The translations under genes were made by a program, and so were the position numbers. This document shows positions 1 through 16,168 of a DNA stretch of 64,000 bases, piece after piece. The notes under the pieces were generated by a model. It made no database searches. It was not told where the DNA came from and saw nothing but the letters and a program-made list of their open reading frames with translations. The stretch's first letter is position 1. Every line of letters starts with the position of its first letter. The DNA lies in contig OZ024745.1 of assembly GCA_964016885.1 (NCBI GenBank), forward strand, positions 35,526,001 to 35,590,000. The letters are read 5' to 3'. Source of the stretch: Eledone cirrhosa. Lineage: Eukaryota.

Positions 1-33
1 GATCTCCTTAATGAGAGCTCCATAGACCTCATC

Positions 34-1201
34 ATGTACTCTCGTTATGTAGATGATATCAATATAGTTATAAGAACATCCCCGCTAGAGAGCACTAACA
101 AGTTTGATTTAGAACGTAGCTCGATGGAAAGCATCCAGCAGATAGCTAATTCCATACACCAGAGTATAACTGTAACTATCGACTTCCCTTCCAAACACCC
201 TAACAATAGACTACCTGTATTAGACACAGAACTCTGGATTAACACTATAGACGAGAGAGCCCAAATTCTCCACTCACACTATGCTAAACCCATGGCCTCC
301 AAATACCTGATACTAAAAAACTCAGCAATGTCCAATAGTGCTAAGTTTAATATTCTGATCGCAGATTTGGTACGAGTGATGAAGAATGTGTCCCGCATGT
401 GCGACCCAACAGAAATGGAAAGACACATCCAACACTTCATCAACCGCATGCAGTTCTCTGGCTACAACCACAGAGACAGAGTGTCAGAGTATACGAAGGA
501 GCCATGGAGAAGTATAAGACCCTCATAGAACTGGACATTAAAGGAATTTGCCCATTATAGAGGAGCAAATCATGGAATAGCTTAGATAGGGCTAGACATA
601 AGATAGGGAAAGCCACCTCATGGTACGACAACCAGAGATACCAGAGTGTCATTTTGTGGACGCTACCCTTGGAAGGAAATTAGCTAACCAGTGTAGAAAG
701 GCCCTAAGAAAGACCCACTTAAAAATTAAGGTGGTAGAAAAGCCAGGAACCACCATAAAATCCCCGATCAGCAAAACCTACCCTTTTAAGAAAACCCACT
801 GTACCAATAGGAAATGTATCATATGTAAGGTAAACCCCTGGATAAACTGTAAAACTAGAAACGTAGTCTATAGCATAAGATGTACAGAGGGTACTTGCAG
901 AAACATGACAACAACATACATAGGTGAGACAGCTCGTAGCATAGGTGAAAGGATAGACCAACACTGGGAACTAAAAGGACGAAAAAACGGGTCAGTACTA
1001 TACGAACATGCTAGACAACAACATGACGGTAACATAGACAACATAGAAATTATAATAATATCTAAACATAGAAATGACCTAGCAGATAGGCAAATCAGAG
1101 AGGCCAGTGAAATAGAAATTAGAAGACCAAGACTAAATAGAAAGAATGAATGGAATAACAACAACACCCAAACAAACAACACTGACCTAAGAGAAGTATA
1201 A
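34..1201 (+). pseudogene. Frameshifted PLE RT/GIY-YIG ORF
   Basis: Two ORF-track segments (34..528 and 620..1201) in different frames carry consecutive PLE domains. Confidence 0.88.
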
Positions 1202-1440
1202 ATAAGTAAATAAAATAAAATAAATAAATAAATAAATACATACACAAGCACAATAACAACAATCACATAAACACACACTAGTCACCCATCACACAGCAAA
1301 CAAAACACTATACACACACCCAAACGCATGCGCAAAGAAGACAAAATAAAATAAACAAACAAACAAATAAATAAATAAATATATAGGCAGACTGAATAAA
1401 AATGACGTAGACGTACAATACAACAGGAGGAAGATATAAC

Positions 1441-1482
1441 ACCACTGACGATGTTGCAGATGTGCAACGAAAGATTTATGAT
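1441..1482 (+). ncRNA. Minimal type-I hammerhead ribozyme motif (PLE family A)
   Basis: ACCA-CTGACGA-T-GTTGCA(gatg)TGCAAC-GAAA-GATT-TA-TGAT: conserved core, 6-bp stem II, weak stem I with one mismatch. Confidence 0.7.
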
Positions 1483-1770
1483 AAACTATATATATGTGTT
1501 TGTGTCTATATTGTATCTGTATTATTTTTGACCGTCGGTCAGTCAATGGCAACATTGAGGACCGAGTATGTTAGATTACCGATATAAAAGACACAGAAGC
1601 GAGAAGCGAAAACCAACCAAACAGTGAGTGTGTTCTGTTATTAATTCTGGTAATATTACACAAATATGACCCTCCCCAAGTATAGCAATATATATATATA
1701 TATTAATATATATATATATGTATATTTATGTTTATGTGTGTATATTTATGTTTATGTGTGTATATATATG

Positions 1771-1819
<49 letters not shown>

Positions 1820-1828
1820 GTTTATATG

Positions 1829-1951
<123 letters not shown>

Positions 1952-2024
1952 GTTTATGTGTATATATATATATATATATATTTGTTTCGCGAGGTTTTTG
2001 ATATGAAATCGTGTGTCGAAACAA

Positions 2025-2945
2025 ATATTGTTATACTTGGGGAGGGTCATATTGTTGTAATAATATTGCCAGAATTAATAACAAAACACACTCACGGATA
2101 AACTGTAAAACTAGAAACGTAGTCTAAAGCATAAGATGTACAGAGGGTACTTGCAGAAACATGACAACAACATACATAGGCGAGACAGCTCGTAGCATAG
2201 GTGAAAGGATAGACCAACACAGGGGGGAACTAAAAGGAAGAAAGAACGGTTCAGTACTATACGAACACGCCAGACAACAAAATGACGGTAACATAGACAC
2301 CATAGAAATTAAAATATCTAAACAGAAATGACCCAGCAGATAGGCAATCTGAGAGGCCAGTGAAATAGAACTTAGAAGGCCAAAGCTAAACAGAAAAATG
2401 AATGGAATAACAACACCCAAACAAACAATACTGACCTAAGAGAAATATAAATAAATAAATAAATATATACACAAGCACAATAACAACGAACACATATAAA
2501 CACACACTAGTAAACTAAGATAGAATACAATAACCAAAACACAGTTACCCAAACGCGAACACACATCAAACACTATACATACACGCAAACGCATGCGCAG
2601 AGAAGAAGACAAAAATAAATAAATAAATAAATAAACAGATTTAATAAAGATGGCGTAGGCATACAATACAACAAGAGGAAACATAATAGCACCACTGACG
2701 ATGTTGCAGATGTGCAACGAAAGAAATTTGTTAGACTATATATATGTGTTTGTGTCTATATTATATATATAGTCTAACAAAGTTAGATATGTATTTTTGA
2801 GCGTTGGTCAGTCAATGGTAAACATTGAGGACCGAATAAATTAACTGATATAAAAGATACAGAAGCGAAAACCAACCAAACAGTGAGTGTGTTCTGTTAT
2901 TAATTCTGGCAATATTATTACAACAATGTGTCCCTCCCCAAGTAT

Positions 2946-2950
<5 letters not shown>
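2025..2950 (+). mobile_element. Second, 5'-truncated PLE family A copy with an inverted copy of its own 3' terminus at the 5' end
   Basis: 2096-2950 repeats about 840-1690. 2025-2095 is the reverse complement of the terminus (cf. 2884-2950). Flanked by TA-rich repeats. Confidence 0.9.
2691..2732 (+). ncRNA. Hammerhead motif, degenerate stem III/I (PLE family A copy 2)
   Basis: ACCA-CTGACGA-T-GTTGCA(gatg)TGCAAC-GAAA, identical to 1441; the 3' part is diverged. Confidence 0.55.
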
Positions 2951-3008
<58 letters not shown>

Positions 3009-3040
3009 AATATGTATATGTATATATAAATATGTATATG

Positions 3041-3073
<33 letters not shown>

Positions 3074-3192
3074 GTATATATCTATCTATATATATATATG
3101 TATATATATATGTATATATATATAGTGTATATATATATATGTATATATATACACACATATATATATATATAGATATATATATATGTATATAC

Positions 3193-3225
<33 letters not shown>

Positions 3226-3238
3226 CATATATATATAC

Positions 3239-3287
<49 letters not shown>

Positions 3288-3339
3288 GATATACATATAT
3301 ACATATATATATATATACATATATATATACATATATATA

Positions 3340-3792
3340 TGGTGGCTGCCAACTCGTTTTCGAGTACGGCCACTACTTTATATCCATATAGGAGAACCCC
3401 TACCGATGCGCTGAACGAGTGACTTTTTAGTCCAGCCAGCGACTTGAAAACTCTGGTACAAACACTACACTTGTGACAAATATTGACACATAGTGCTGGG
3501 CCCATGGTACCCTGTGACGACAAGTGCAGAGAGATCTCCAGATATAAAGCAATGCCTGTGCCGTGAAGCTTTTATAGTGAGCAAAGGCACTGCACAAAGC
3601 CAGTCCCACTCTCTTAACCAAGATGATATTTACCAAAAAGAAGAACAAGTCAACATCATTGGATACCATCAGGGTTGCAGGTGTTATATCAGAGTTTTCC
3701 ATCTCCTAGAATTCTGCCTTGACAAAGGCTAAGGGGTCATCTCTCTCGGTGATTTTGGATGGCCATTGACTCTTAAGAGCTCCTTTGCCCTT
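3340..3792 (-). mobile_element. 5'-truncated copy of the non-autonomous RTE-derived element
   Basis: Near-identical to about 43076-43526. Minus strand encodes [18 protein letters not shown] (RTE-type C-terminal Zn-finger remnant). Lies between TA/TACA repeats. Confidence 0.75.
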
Positions 3793-3845
3793 TATATATA
3801 CATATATATATATATACATATATATATATACATATATATATATAC

Positions 3846-3892
<47 letters not shown>

Positions 3893-3905
3893 CATATATA
3901 TATAC

Positions 3906-3952
<47 letters not shown>

Positions 3953-4029
3953 CATATATATATACATATATATATATACATATATATATACATATATATA
4001 TACATATATATATACATATATATATATAC

Positions 4030-4104
<75 letters not shown>

Positions 4105-4105
4105 C

Positions 4106-4172
<67 letters not shown>

Positions 4173-4199
4173 CATTTATATATTTACACACACGTATAT

Positions 4200-4281
4200 A
4201 GTAATAATAATAAATTTGAAGATCCCGTTAAGGGTGAAAGCAGCGATTCTTTGCTTAAACTTTAATCTGTTATTTTAATAA

Positions 4282-4323
<42 letters not shown>

Positions 4324-5130
4324 TTGTGTGTAGGTATTGTGAAAAGTCTCCAGAAAATGTTTGATACATGCATGTGTGTACATGGATGTAAGTGTGCTTA
4401 GTGGGATGTTTGTATATACAGTTATGTATTGAAAGGCGTGTGCGATCATGTATATAATAAAAAAAGGGAAAATATGTGTGATATATGTATGTGTGTCAGT
4501 CTCGAAACAGGTCACTGGGATGTGGGAATACAGGCTTTTAAATTAGTCATTCTGGTGCATTTCTCTCCATTCGATTATTGATCGATTAAGAAGGCTTCCT
4601 TAATTTTCAGCGTGCCTATACTGCATTCGGTAGCTAAGATTGTGTTGGTAATCTTGTCCCGGTTTCCACATTTGATGTGTTTGCGGAAGGAAGAGGAGTT
4701 GGTGTTAACATCCTCTTTAATTCGGTAGAATAGTGCTGCCTGTGTAAAATAGATTGCACTTGTTACTTCTAGCCTGTATATTACGTAAGTACGCAGGCAA
4801 CAATTAGTGTTGCGGATAGGGCAATTGGCAGGGAACATCCAGAGTGAACTAGTTTGATATTGAGGCTCTCACTTCTGATGGCTTTGCATATGGCGCTGCT
4901 GGTTTCCTCGCTGAGATGTGGGATCTTGAAGAAGCAATTGTTGTTTGAGTGGGTCCGATCTCTAAGTCTGGGGTTTCGTCGTGGGATGTAGAAGGAAGCT
5001 GGGTAGCTGTTGTACCTTGTGGAATCGTCTGATATTGGTGTCTCTATTCACAGCGTCGCTGCATCGGTTGCTTATGCGAGCCAATTCTTCTGATGTCTGA
5101 ATATTTGGTCGGCTGTACCGTACTAAAAAT
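4200..5130 (-). mobile_element. Degenerate Penelope-like fragment (family C): RT thumb/linker plus GIY-YIG remnant
   Basis: ORF 4575..4838 reads CPIRNTNCCLRTYVIYRLE...RIKE...SSSFRKH...LKIKEAFLI, typical of a PLE endonuclease. Boundaries are approximate. Confidence 0.7.
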
Positions 5131-5134
5131 CACA

Positions 5135-5470
5135 CTGTAGTCAGCTAGCTTGATATTGACATTATCCCGACATCTCTGTGCCAGACCCTTAGCATAGTGT
5201 TTACTGGATAGGCTTAAAACGAGATATAATTAGAGAAATCTGTCTGATACTTGTTTCTGATAGATGGCATTATCAATCCAGATTGCTATTGCTTAGGTGT
5301 CTTTCCAGAGATCCTGCCACCCGGCACCCATGAAAGATTTTAGTATCTGAGGCTTTGCACCACATGAGATCTTTAAATAATCTTGTTAACTCAGCCACTG
5401 AGAGGTTAGTCATCGCTCCCAGATGCACACCTCGTGCAAGCTACACCAGAATATGCTATGGCAACAGGGT
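5135..5470 (-). mobile_element. Degenerate LINE (RTE-like) RT N-terminal fragment
   Basis: Minus strand ISGKTPKQ*QSGLIMP...NY resembles the W.SG..P..W...I.PI.KKG motif; similar to 53400-53445. Confidence 0.45.
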
Positions 5471-5667
5471 TTAAAAAGTCAGCAACATAATGTTCACAGC
5501 ACGCGAAAATACAAATCTATGAAAAGATAAGAACCCCAGACTATTTCCTAATAGCAAACAGAGAAGAAGACTCCTTATTGCACTGTTGGTGGACAGACTA
5601 CTAGAAAGCTTTATTTTCTGAAGTCGGATATATATATATATATAGAGAGAGTTTAGCAACCTCAAAT

Positions 5668-5670
<3 letters not shown>

Positions 5671-5754
<84 letters not shown>
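5671..5754. repeat. (CA)n microsatellite
   Basis: Direct reading. Confidence 0.95.
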
Positions 5755-5756
<2 letters not shown>

Positions 5757-6419
5757 TATATATATATACTCTCAAATGTTGAAACAAACCCAGAAAGGTT
5801 AAAAAGAATAATACGTCACAGTAATTTTATCGTCAACCCAGTTATGCCAGATTACTCTGAATAAGGGGAAGTTATCTTCCGTCATAATCCTAGATTTTTA
5901 TATGTAATACGTCCAATACATATTCATCTGTTAGTCAACGTTATCAGGGATTACATATGTGTATATTCAAAAGTCTAATATCCATAAATAATCTTTTTAT
6001 AGAATCGGAAATATTAGAATCCTTTATCTCATATTCTAAGTTCAGTATTAATGCAAACGCATCAAATTGCCAAAATAATCAGTTGCAGAAATGGTTTGGG
6101 CATATCCCATTGTCATATTTCTACTAAGACACGGATGACGGCCTTTTTTGTGGAAGTTTAATTTGAACATTTGGTGTAGGATGTGTAAAATGTTCGACCT
6201 TACTGAAGGTATTAACTGACATTAGCACAATTTCCACATTAACAGTTACCAATAAGGTGGAACTTCTTAACATTATTAAATGAGCGAAATGTGGACGTTT
6301 GAAAGGATATGATATATGTCTAGTTTCGGAATAAATGCATAAATATGTATCCACATGTAAACTACTGACAACTGGTAAATTTACCCCTCACTAAATATTC
6401 ATCAGTTGGCAAGTTTGAC

Positions 6420-6965
6420 TGGAAGCCCATTGGTGTTAGGCATCTCAAACTAGATTTGAAGTAAGCTTATCTGCATAACAACAGGGTATTATCTCTTAAC
6501 ATATCAATAATGAATCCGAAGATTTTTGGAGTTCTATGGTCAATACTCAATGGATGTTTCACATAGTATACACAAATAATTGAAGTCAGCCCAATGAATA
6601 GGAAAGATTATTATAGTTAATGGAAAAGAGTTTGTAAAACAATCACATGAACTGCCCACATTACAGGCGATACTTTGCAGTAACAAAAGACCCCCATACG
6701 ATTCTCTCAAACTCTCTACAGTCCATTACAACTCAGAGCTGTCATGTCTCTACAGCATGTAAAACGTTGTTTTACGAGGTCAAGAAAATACCAAAGTATA
6801 TAGGCTGGAATAATTCTGTATACTGTTATTAAAATAATCTTCTGTTAGATTCAATTGGGATCATCTCATCCCAAAGAATTAAGGTTGAGGTGCAATGACA
6901 TTCTCACTGTGGAAATTATAGGGAGTCGGTGACTGAGCTGCAATTTCTATCGACGCTACCGTTAA
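6420..6965 (+). mobile_element. Highly degenerate Gypsy-type LTR retrotransposon RT remnant
   Basis: KLDLK*AYL near 6447 (cf. SKLDL..AY.Q) and CNFYRRY near 6940 (cf. NFYRRF); many stops. Confidence 0.4.
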
Positions 6966-7199
6966 CCAATGAATTTAACAACATATAACAACGTAGGAGA
7001 ACAAGATTCTTAGAATTTCAATTTTTGAAACAAAGTTGAATTTCTCTCTATAGAGAAAGATATTAAAAAAGTAAATATCGATTTCCGTTTTAACATCAAC
7101 ATTTGTCATTTGATATATATAGATACGATCCAACAATAAGATTCATCCACAAAATATCGTAAGAAGTACATACATATCACACACACACACATACACATA

Positions 7200-9228
<2,029 letters not shown>

Positions 9229-9326
9229 CATGTACACATACATATATGTACGTATCAGTTTAGCGGACGCTTATTATAACGCCGCTTTGTTCGTTTGTAA
9301 ACAAACTGAACAGCTTGAATTTATGC

Positions 9327-9385
<59 letters not shown>

Positions 9386-9414
9386 ATATATGTATATCTA
9401 TATATATATATATA

Positions 9415-10439
<1,025 letters not shown>

Positions 10440-10466
<27 letters not shown>

Positions 10467-10550
10467 GCTCAAAGACCCAACACGGTGCTGGGAATCGAAC
10501 CCACGTTGCCGGGAATCGTGAGTCGAACACCTCAATTATTAAACCACCTG
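10440..10550 (-). mobile_element. tRNA-derived SINE head
   Basis: Minus strand has the B-box GGTTCGATTCC (plus GGAATCGAACC, about 10491) with an A-box-like sequence upstream. Confidence 0.5.
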
Positions 10551-11197
10551 CTATCGTACAACTAGAATGTACAATAAATTGAACACCTGTGAACATCCAA
10601 GTGGAAATTGCAAATTATATATATATAAATTAAAAGATTTCGTTTGCCAGATTACTCCTAAAGCAATTGGATATGTGACAAAATGCCTGAACATCAATCT
10701 TCAATAGTTGAGTTTAACGAAAATAATATGCAGTAGTATCCTTCACATTATGCGTGAAATCATTTGGCTGAATATCAAAAGGCTTAAATTCCAATTTAGA
10801 AAATCAGAGTTTGACAAATATATATTGCTAACATGGTTTTATATAAACCAAATATGTCAATGAGTTCTAGACTTTAAGTTTTCTAAAAGTTAAATTTATA
10901 TCTGATTTAAATTATTGCTAAGCAAAATCAGAAGGAATTCTTTGTTAATTGGATTAGTGAACAGATTTTAAGTTTGCATTTTTAAAGCAGATGCACGTCA
11001 ATCCACACATTAAATGTTAGGAAAATAAGGGAGATACTAAATAACATAAACATTGATATATAGCATGCAAATAAGGTGGAATGAGTATGTTAAGGGAATT
11101 TTGATAATAAATCCGTTTGATTAGAGCAAACTTAAAATCATCAACAACAATCAAAGAGCCCCCACATAGCGTACGCACACACATACACACACACACT

Positions 11198-11310
<113 letters not shown>

Positions 11311-11356
11311 CCATATATATATATGGATATATATGTAGATATACATATATACATAT

Positions 11357-11445
<89 letters not shown>

Positions 11446-11461
11446 ATCAGATATATATATA

Positions 11462-11651
11462 TCAGATCAGAGCAAACATCACGGACGCTCTATCTCAAAA
11501 TTATTTTTGAAAAGCATTAGAAATGCGCAACCGGTAAAACTTAAAATCAAAACTGAATACTAACCAATACTATTACTAATTCTCACTTATTCCTAATTAA
11601 ACTATTTTTCACTGTGAACAATTTGTCAGCATTTTCTTTTCCGTTTACCAA
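11462..11651 (+). mobile_element. Short (TA)n-flanked PLE-type terminus (family D)
   Basis: Reverse-complement homologue of about 38467-38655; contains a variant HHR. Confidence 0.65.
11504..11539 (+). ncRNA. Minimal hammerhead variant (U3/A8/C13)
   Basis: TTT-TTGAAAA-GCAT(tagaa)ATGC-GCAA-CCGG-TA-AAA; palindromic stem III ACCGGT. Confidence 0.6.
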
Positions 11652-11797
11652 TATATATATATTAGAAAGTGAGGTTTTTTTTACAAAATGAAAAATAACC
11701 GAGGTGTCCTACTCGAGTGAAAGTATAAAGAAAAAAGATGAAATAGAAATGTAACTGGAGTCTTATTTAAAAAAATATATATATATATTTATTTGGT

Positions 11798-11838
11798 TCC
11801 ATTACCGGTTTCGCAGTTCTTCTGCTTTTCAAAAGTAG
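11798..11838 (-). ncRNA. Minimal hammerhead variant (U3/A8)
   Basis: Minus strand TTGAAAA-GCAG(aagaa)CTGC-GAAA-CCGG-TA; stem I poorly paired. Confidence 0.55.
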
Positions 11839-12660
11839 AGTTGAGATGGAGGATCTGTGGTTTTTCTCACGTCTGGTTGGTCTTTGAATGTTACTTGTTT
11901 TATATGGAAAAAAGTGGCTCGAAACGCCAGGTTTTTAGAGAAGTAATTTGATTGGTTGGTCATATTTAACATATCCCATCGCTTGATTCCTTTAACCTAG
12001 TCAAAATGATTTTGATGATGACAAAATACCGATTTTCAACCTTTCCAAGATTCGTCTAACAGAAATATGCTACCGAACAAGACCGAATAAAAATACTAAA
12101 ATATATAATTACATAAAAACAAAACGCGATCAACTAAAAACTGCTCATATTTATAAATATACCATTCATTCTATAAGTTGGAAATACTCTAGAGGCCTTT
12201 GTGGAAGTCTGATTACATTCTAGAAAGTTTGAAGAAGTTTAATAAGTTTATAGACTAGAAGTAAATGACATTCTATAGACGAAAGATACAGAGAGTTACT
12301 GTGAAATTCTGTTACAAATAAAATATATTAGAGATGGACAATGAAACTAGACGATTTACTACATGAAATAGAAATCTTAGAGGAGAAGAATCTGACGGGG
12401 AGAGGATTGGAGCAATGGACGGAGTGAAATGTTAGTGCATCAAAAGGAAAGGGCATGAATACGAATGGCGATGGATAGAGAGAGAGAGTAAACTAATGAA
12501 AATGGAGGGTGTAAAGGGAGAAAAGTAAAGAGAGGGAGTGAAAGTGAGTCGGAGAGAAAGGATGTAAAATGAGACAATGGGAAATAAATAATGATAATAT
12601 GATACAAAGAGATTATGGCGAATGAAAAAGATAATATGACATAAAGAGAAAATGAGGGCA

Positions 12661-12708
12661 GAAGAAGAAGAAGAAGAAGAAGAAGAAGAAGAAGAAGAAG
12701 AAGAAGAA
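12661..12708. repeat. (GAA)n microsatellite
   Basis: Direct reading. Confidence 0.95.
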
Positions 12709-13869
12709 GGTGATGATGGCTACGGAGGTAATTCTAAACCAGTAAGGAATAGCTGGTAAAGGAATGGAAGTTAAAATTTGACTGTAAGAAGAATAGAGAG
12801 AAAGAAGGTATGAAAACGCTGTAATAAAATTGATACGAATGGAAACAAAACACTTATTACTGCACAGATTGTGAAAAAAAGTCAATTTGTTGCAGAACAT
12901 ATGAAAAAAAAAACAAAAAAACAAAAACATGACGCGAGGGAATAGATATTTTATGACAGATTTAGTATTTCAATTTTCGAATGTTGATTCATATTTTGAC
13001 ATAGTTGCAGGGGAGATTTTTATAGATTTATTTATAGTATTTCAATTCTTTTACACTAAACAGTAGTAAACCGAAGATTCTGTAATACAATTGGGATTTG
13101 AGTGAAGCAGTATCTGTTTAACTATTAAAGTGGTTTAGCTTAAGTGGTAAAAGTAATCGCTTCGCATATTAATAATTTTGTTGTTTAATTCCGAAGAGAA
13201 AAGCTCTAATCTCTTGTCAATAACATTCTTCTAACTAGTTTCCCCGGTGCCGTTTACATCCATTACACTTATCGTGTGGGACTAATAGCTTTGTGCCTGG
13301 AATGTACGTATCAACACACGTTATTACCTTCTCTTTAAATATGAATGACGAATCTCCCCAAAAGAAATCAATATTTTATCGAATTCTCTACAAGTCGATT
13401 TCTTAAATGTTCAAATATATAACAGGTGTTAGTCAAGATTTGAATCGGAGATGTTATTCCAAAATTGGTCAAACACCGTTAGATAAATATTGTTAGAAAA
13501 GTCATCTTGATTGCATAAAAGTGAGTCGATTATACTACGTATTATAATGCACTAACATCATATAATTCTTGCTTTCAAATCCATTGTAATCCAGAAATTA
13601 TTTTATTAAAAAGGGCAGTATACGAAGCTTTTCAGGTTGCTGGGATTAGGTGAGATCTCAATATTATTCTCCAGCAAGACATTCGCATCCTATCCAGGTA
13701 ATTGTTTATATTTTCTCCGCACAACGCTTAAAAGTCCACAAATGAGATATCAGTCTTTGTGGGTTATGAATGGAATAATTTCAGATTGATTTAAACTCAG
13801 GAGGTAACTAGCAGAAACAACTATTGCTTGACATTGTCTTACACTATATCAGGTCTACTAATCTACCAC

Positions 13870-13956
<87 letters not shown>

Positions 13957-14821
13957 GTGTGTGTGTGTGTGGGTTGTGTGTATATATACACTGTGACTGG
14001 TCATAGTGCTATACTCATTTAATGGAAGATGCAGTCAATTAGTGCATTAATTTATTTGAACCCACGCGTATATAATATTGCTAGAACTATTGATCATGCT
14101 ACACACTAGAAAGATGTAATATAGCAATTTGTTATTTTAAAGACCCTAGAAGTGGGGTACATTACTCAGTAATATAACATATGCTATTTCGAAAAAGGTA
14201 TGAATGACTAAATGAACAAGATCGAGAAACTTGAAATTCCTGAGAAAGTTCAGAATATAATAAAATAACATGTGGCATAATGCATATCTCATTTAGTACC
14301 CAGAACTATTTGGAAGTCGAAACATTTGTGCAGATACAGCAGGTATCAGTCACTGATGTTTTAGCTTCTACTGACGATTAATAGGAAGTTCAGCTCTGCA
14401 ATAAGGAGATTTCTACCGAGGCGTACAGGTTATTCAGGTGAATTGGAGATGTCCAATGTAACAGTGGCTTGAGTCAAAAGAACAATAAAAAGGGCAGCTG
14501 AATAATGTCACGAAAAACTATCTGCTAAACAATGATCGATGGAACACACCTGAGATGAGAAGTGGAAAATACATCTACTACTCCACCGACTGGATGCCAG
14601 GGTCAGTTTTAAGAACCATTACAGTTTTGGTTTTCCTATTTCCTATTTAAATGTGTATTAAAATATGGTACATTCATTAAATAAAGCAGCACAAGGTATC
14701 TAACAATGTCCCAAGACTGTGTTGGGAAGGGGTGCAGTTCGTAACAAGATCAATAATATGATTGATGTTATATATAATTGAACTAGTTATTGTTCTTTTG
14801 TAAATTAAATTCTCCATTCAA

Positions 14822-14925
<104 letters not shown>

Positions 14926-15003
14926 CACCCACCCACACACACACACACAAACACACATATATATATATATATGTTTATATATATGTATATATATATATAT
15001 ATA

Positions 15004-15192
15004 TAGGAACGAGTAGGACCCCCGACTGCTGAGCTCAAGCCGTTTCGACGGCTAATTCTGGACTTAGCCGTCGAAACGGCTTGAGCTCAGCCGTCGGGGC
15101 CCTACTCGTTCCTATTACCCACTCTACTACCCTAAGTATTGAGTACTTTGATGCGTTATGGTCCACCTGGTTCCTTACCACATTTCCTTCGT

Positions 15193-15193
<1 letters not shown>
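15004..15193 (+). mobile_element. Fold-back mini-insert of the PLE family B 3' terminus
   Basis: 15065-15193 matches the terminus of the 44688-47589 element. 15004-15064 is an inverted copy. (TA)n on both sides. Confidence 0.88.
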
Positions 15194-15259
<66 letters not shown>

Positions 15260-15282
15260 GTATATACATATATATGTATATA

Positions 15283-16168
15283 CGAGGTGTGTCAGAAAAG
15301 TTCCAGCACTGATGTCACAAAAGATTGATTTCGAACCCAAACTTCACACAAAGAGTTTTCTGCTTCAAAGTAATCCCCCTGGAATCTAATGCACTTTTCC
15401 ATCCTTTTCTGCCACGCTTGCATGCACCCCTGGAAAGATTTTTCCGGGATCCTCCGCAGTTCCGTCGTCACGGCCTCTTTGATGTCGTCCACGTCTTCAA
15501 AACGGGTCTCCTCCGGGTCGTACTCGGAGATCCATGACTCATCACCGGTGATGACTGTCCCTAGCAAGTCTGGTCCGGTTTTAAGACGCTCGAGGATGTC
15601 CTGGCACACTTGCAAGCGTCGACCCTTCTGTTCATAATTCAGCAGTTTTGGCATCATGTTTGCGCAGACTTTCCGCATGTTCAAATCTTCAGTGAGAATC
15701 TTCCAGACGCTGTCCCGATTCATGCCCAGCTCATTTGCCATCAGTCGAACAGTCAGCCGACGATCGCTACGCACCATCTGCCTGACGCGCTCAACGTTGA
15801 CCTCAGTCCTGGTTGTTGGGGGCCTTCCGCTCATGGGGTCATCTTGCACCACTCAAAAACACGGGAGCGTGACATAGTCTCATCTCCATACACTTGCTGC
15901 AGCAATCCCAGTGCTTCTGAAAGAGTTTTCCCCAACCGTACCAGAAACTTCAAGTTTGTTCGTTTCTCTGTGCTCATTGCTTGACGACCTGAAACAGAGG
16001 ACATGTATGTAAAATTATGAAGAAAAAAGTTTGATCGCTGCAGAGAGCTAAGATTACAGTTACATACTCCAGGGGGATAACTTTGAAGGAGAAAACTCTT
16101 AGTGTGAAGCTTGGGTTTGAAATAAATCTTTTGTGACATCAGTCCTGGAACTTTTCTGACACACCTCG
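15283..16168 (-). mobile_element. Internally deleted mariner (Tc1/mariner) transposon with about 100-bp TIRs and TA TSD
   Basis: TA|CGAGGTGTGTCAGAAAAGTTCC...GGAACTTTTCTGACACACCTCG|TA. TIRs are at 15283-15383 and 16068-16168. Confidence 0.95.
15292..15977 (-). pseudogene. mariner transposase pseudogene (HTH domains and first catalytic D kept; second and third D deleted)
   Basis: KFLVRLGK...VYGDETMSRSRVFEW, SGRP, MPKLL (WVPHEL-like), ITGDESW, YDPE joined directly to RFEDV...QGDYFE; frameshift near 15845. Confidence 0.92.

Larger units (their letters stand above)
1..1690 (+). mobile_element. Penelope-like retroelement, family A (5' end outside window): RT C-terminus, Cys-rich linker, GIY-YIG endonuclease, 3' UTR/pseudo-LTR with hammerhead motif
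   Basis: ORF 34..528 has RYVDD and a PLE-type thumb (LPVLD...YAKP). ORF 620..1201 has a CxxxxCxxC linker then NVVYSIRC...YIGETARSIGERIDQH. The element ends ATGACCCTCCCCAAGTATAGCAAT abutting (TA)n. Confidence 0.92.

Noticed and set aside
1-1201. Selenocysteine-recoded (Naiad-type) PLE
   Set aside because: The endonuclease is C-terminal and the disruptions are frameshifts, not in-frame TGA at Cys positions.
4213-4250. HHR-like TTGAAGA-TCCC(gttaa)GGGT-GAAA
   Set aside because: No UH cleavage site, U3 without A8, and antisense to the adjacent PLE ORF.
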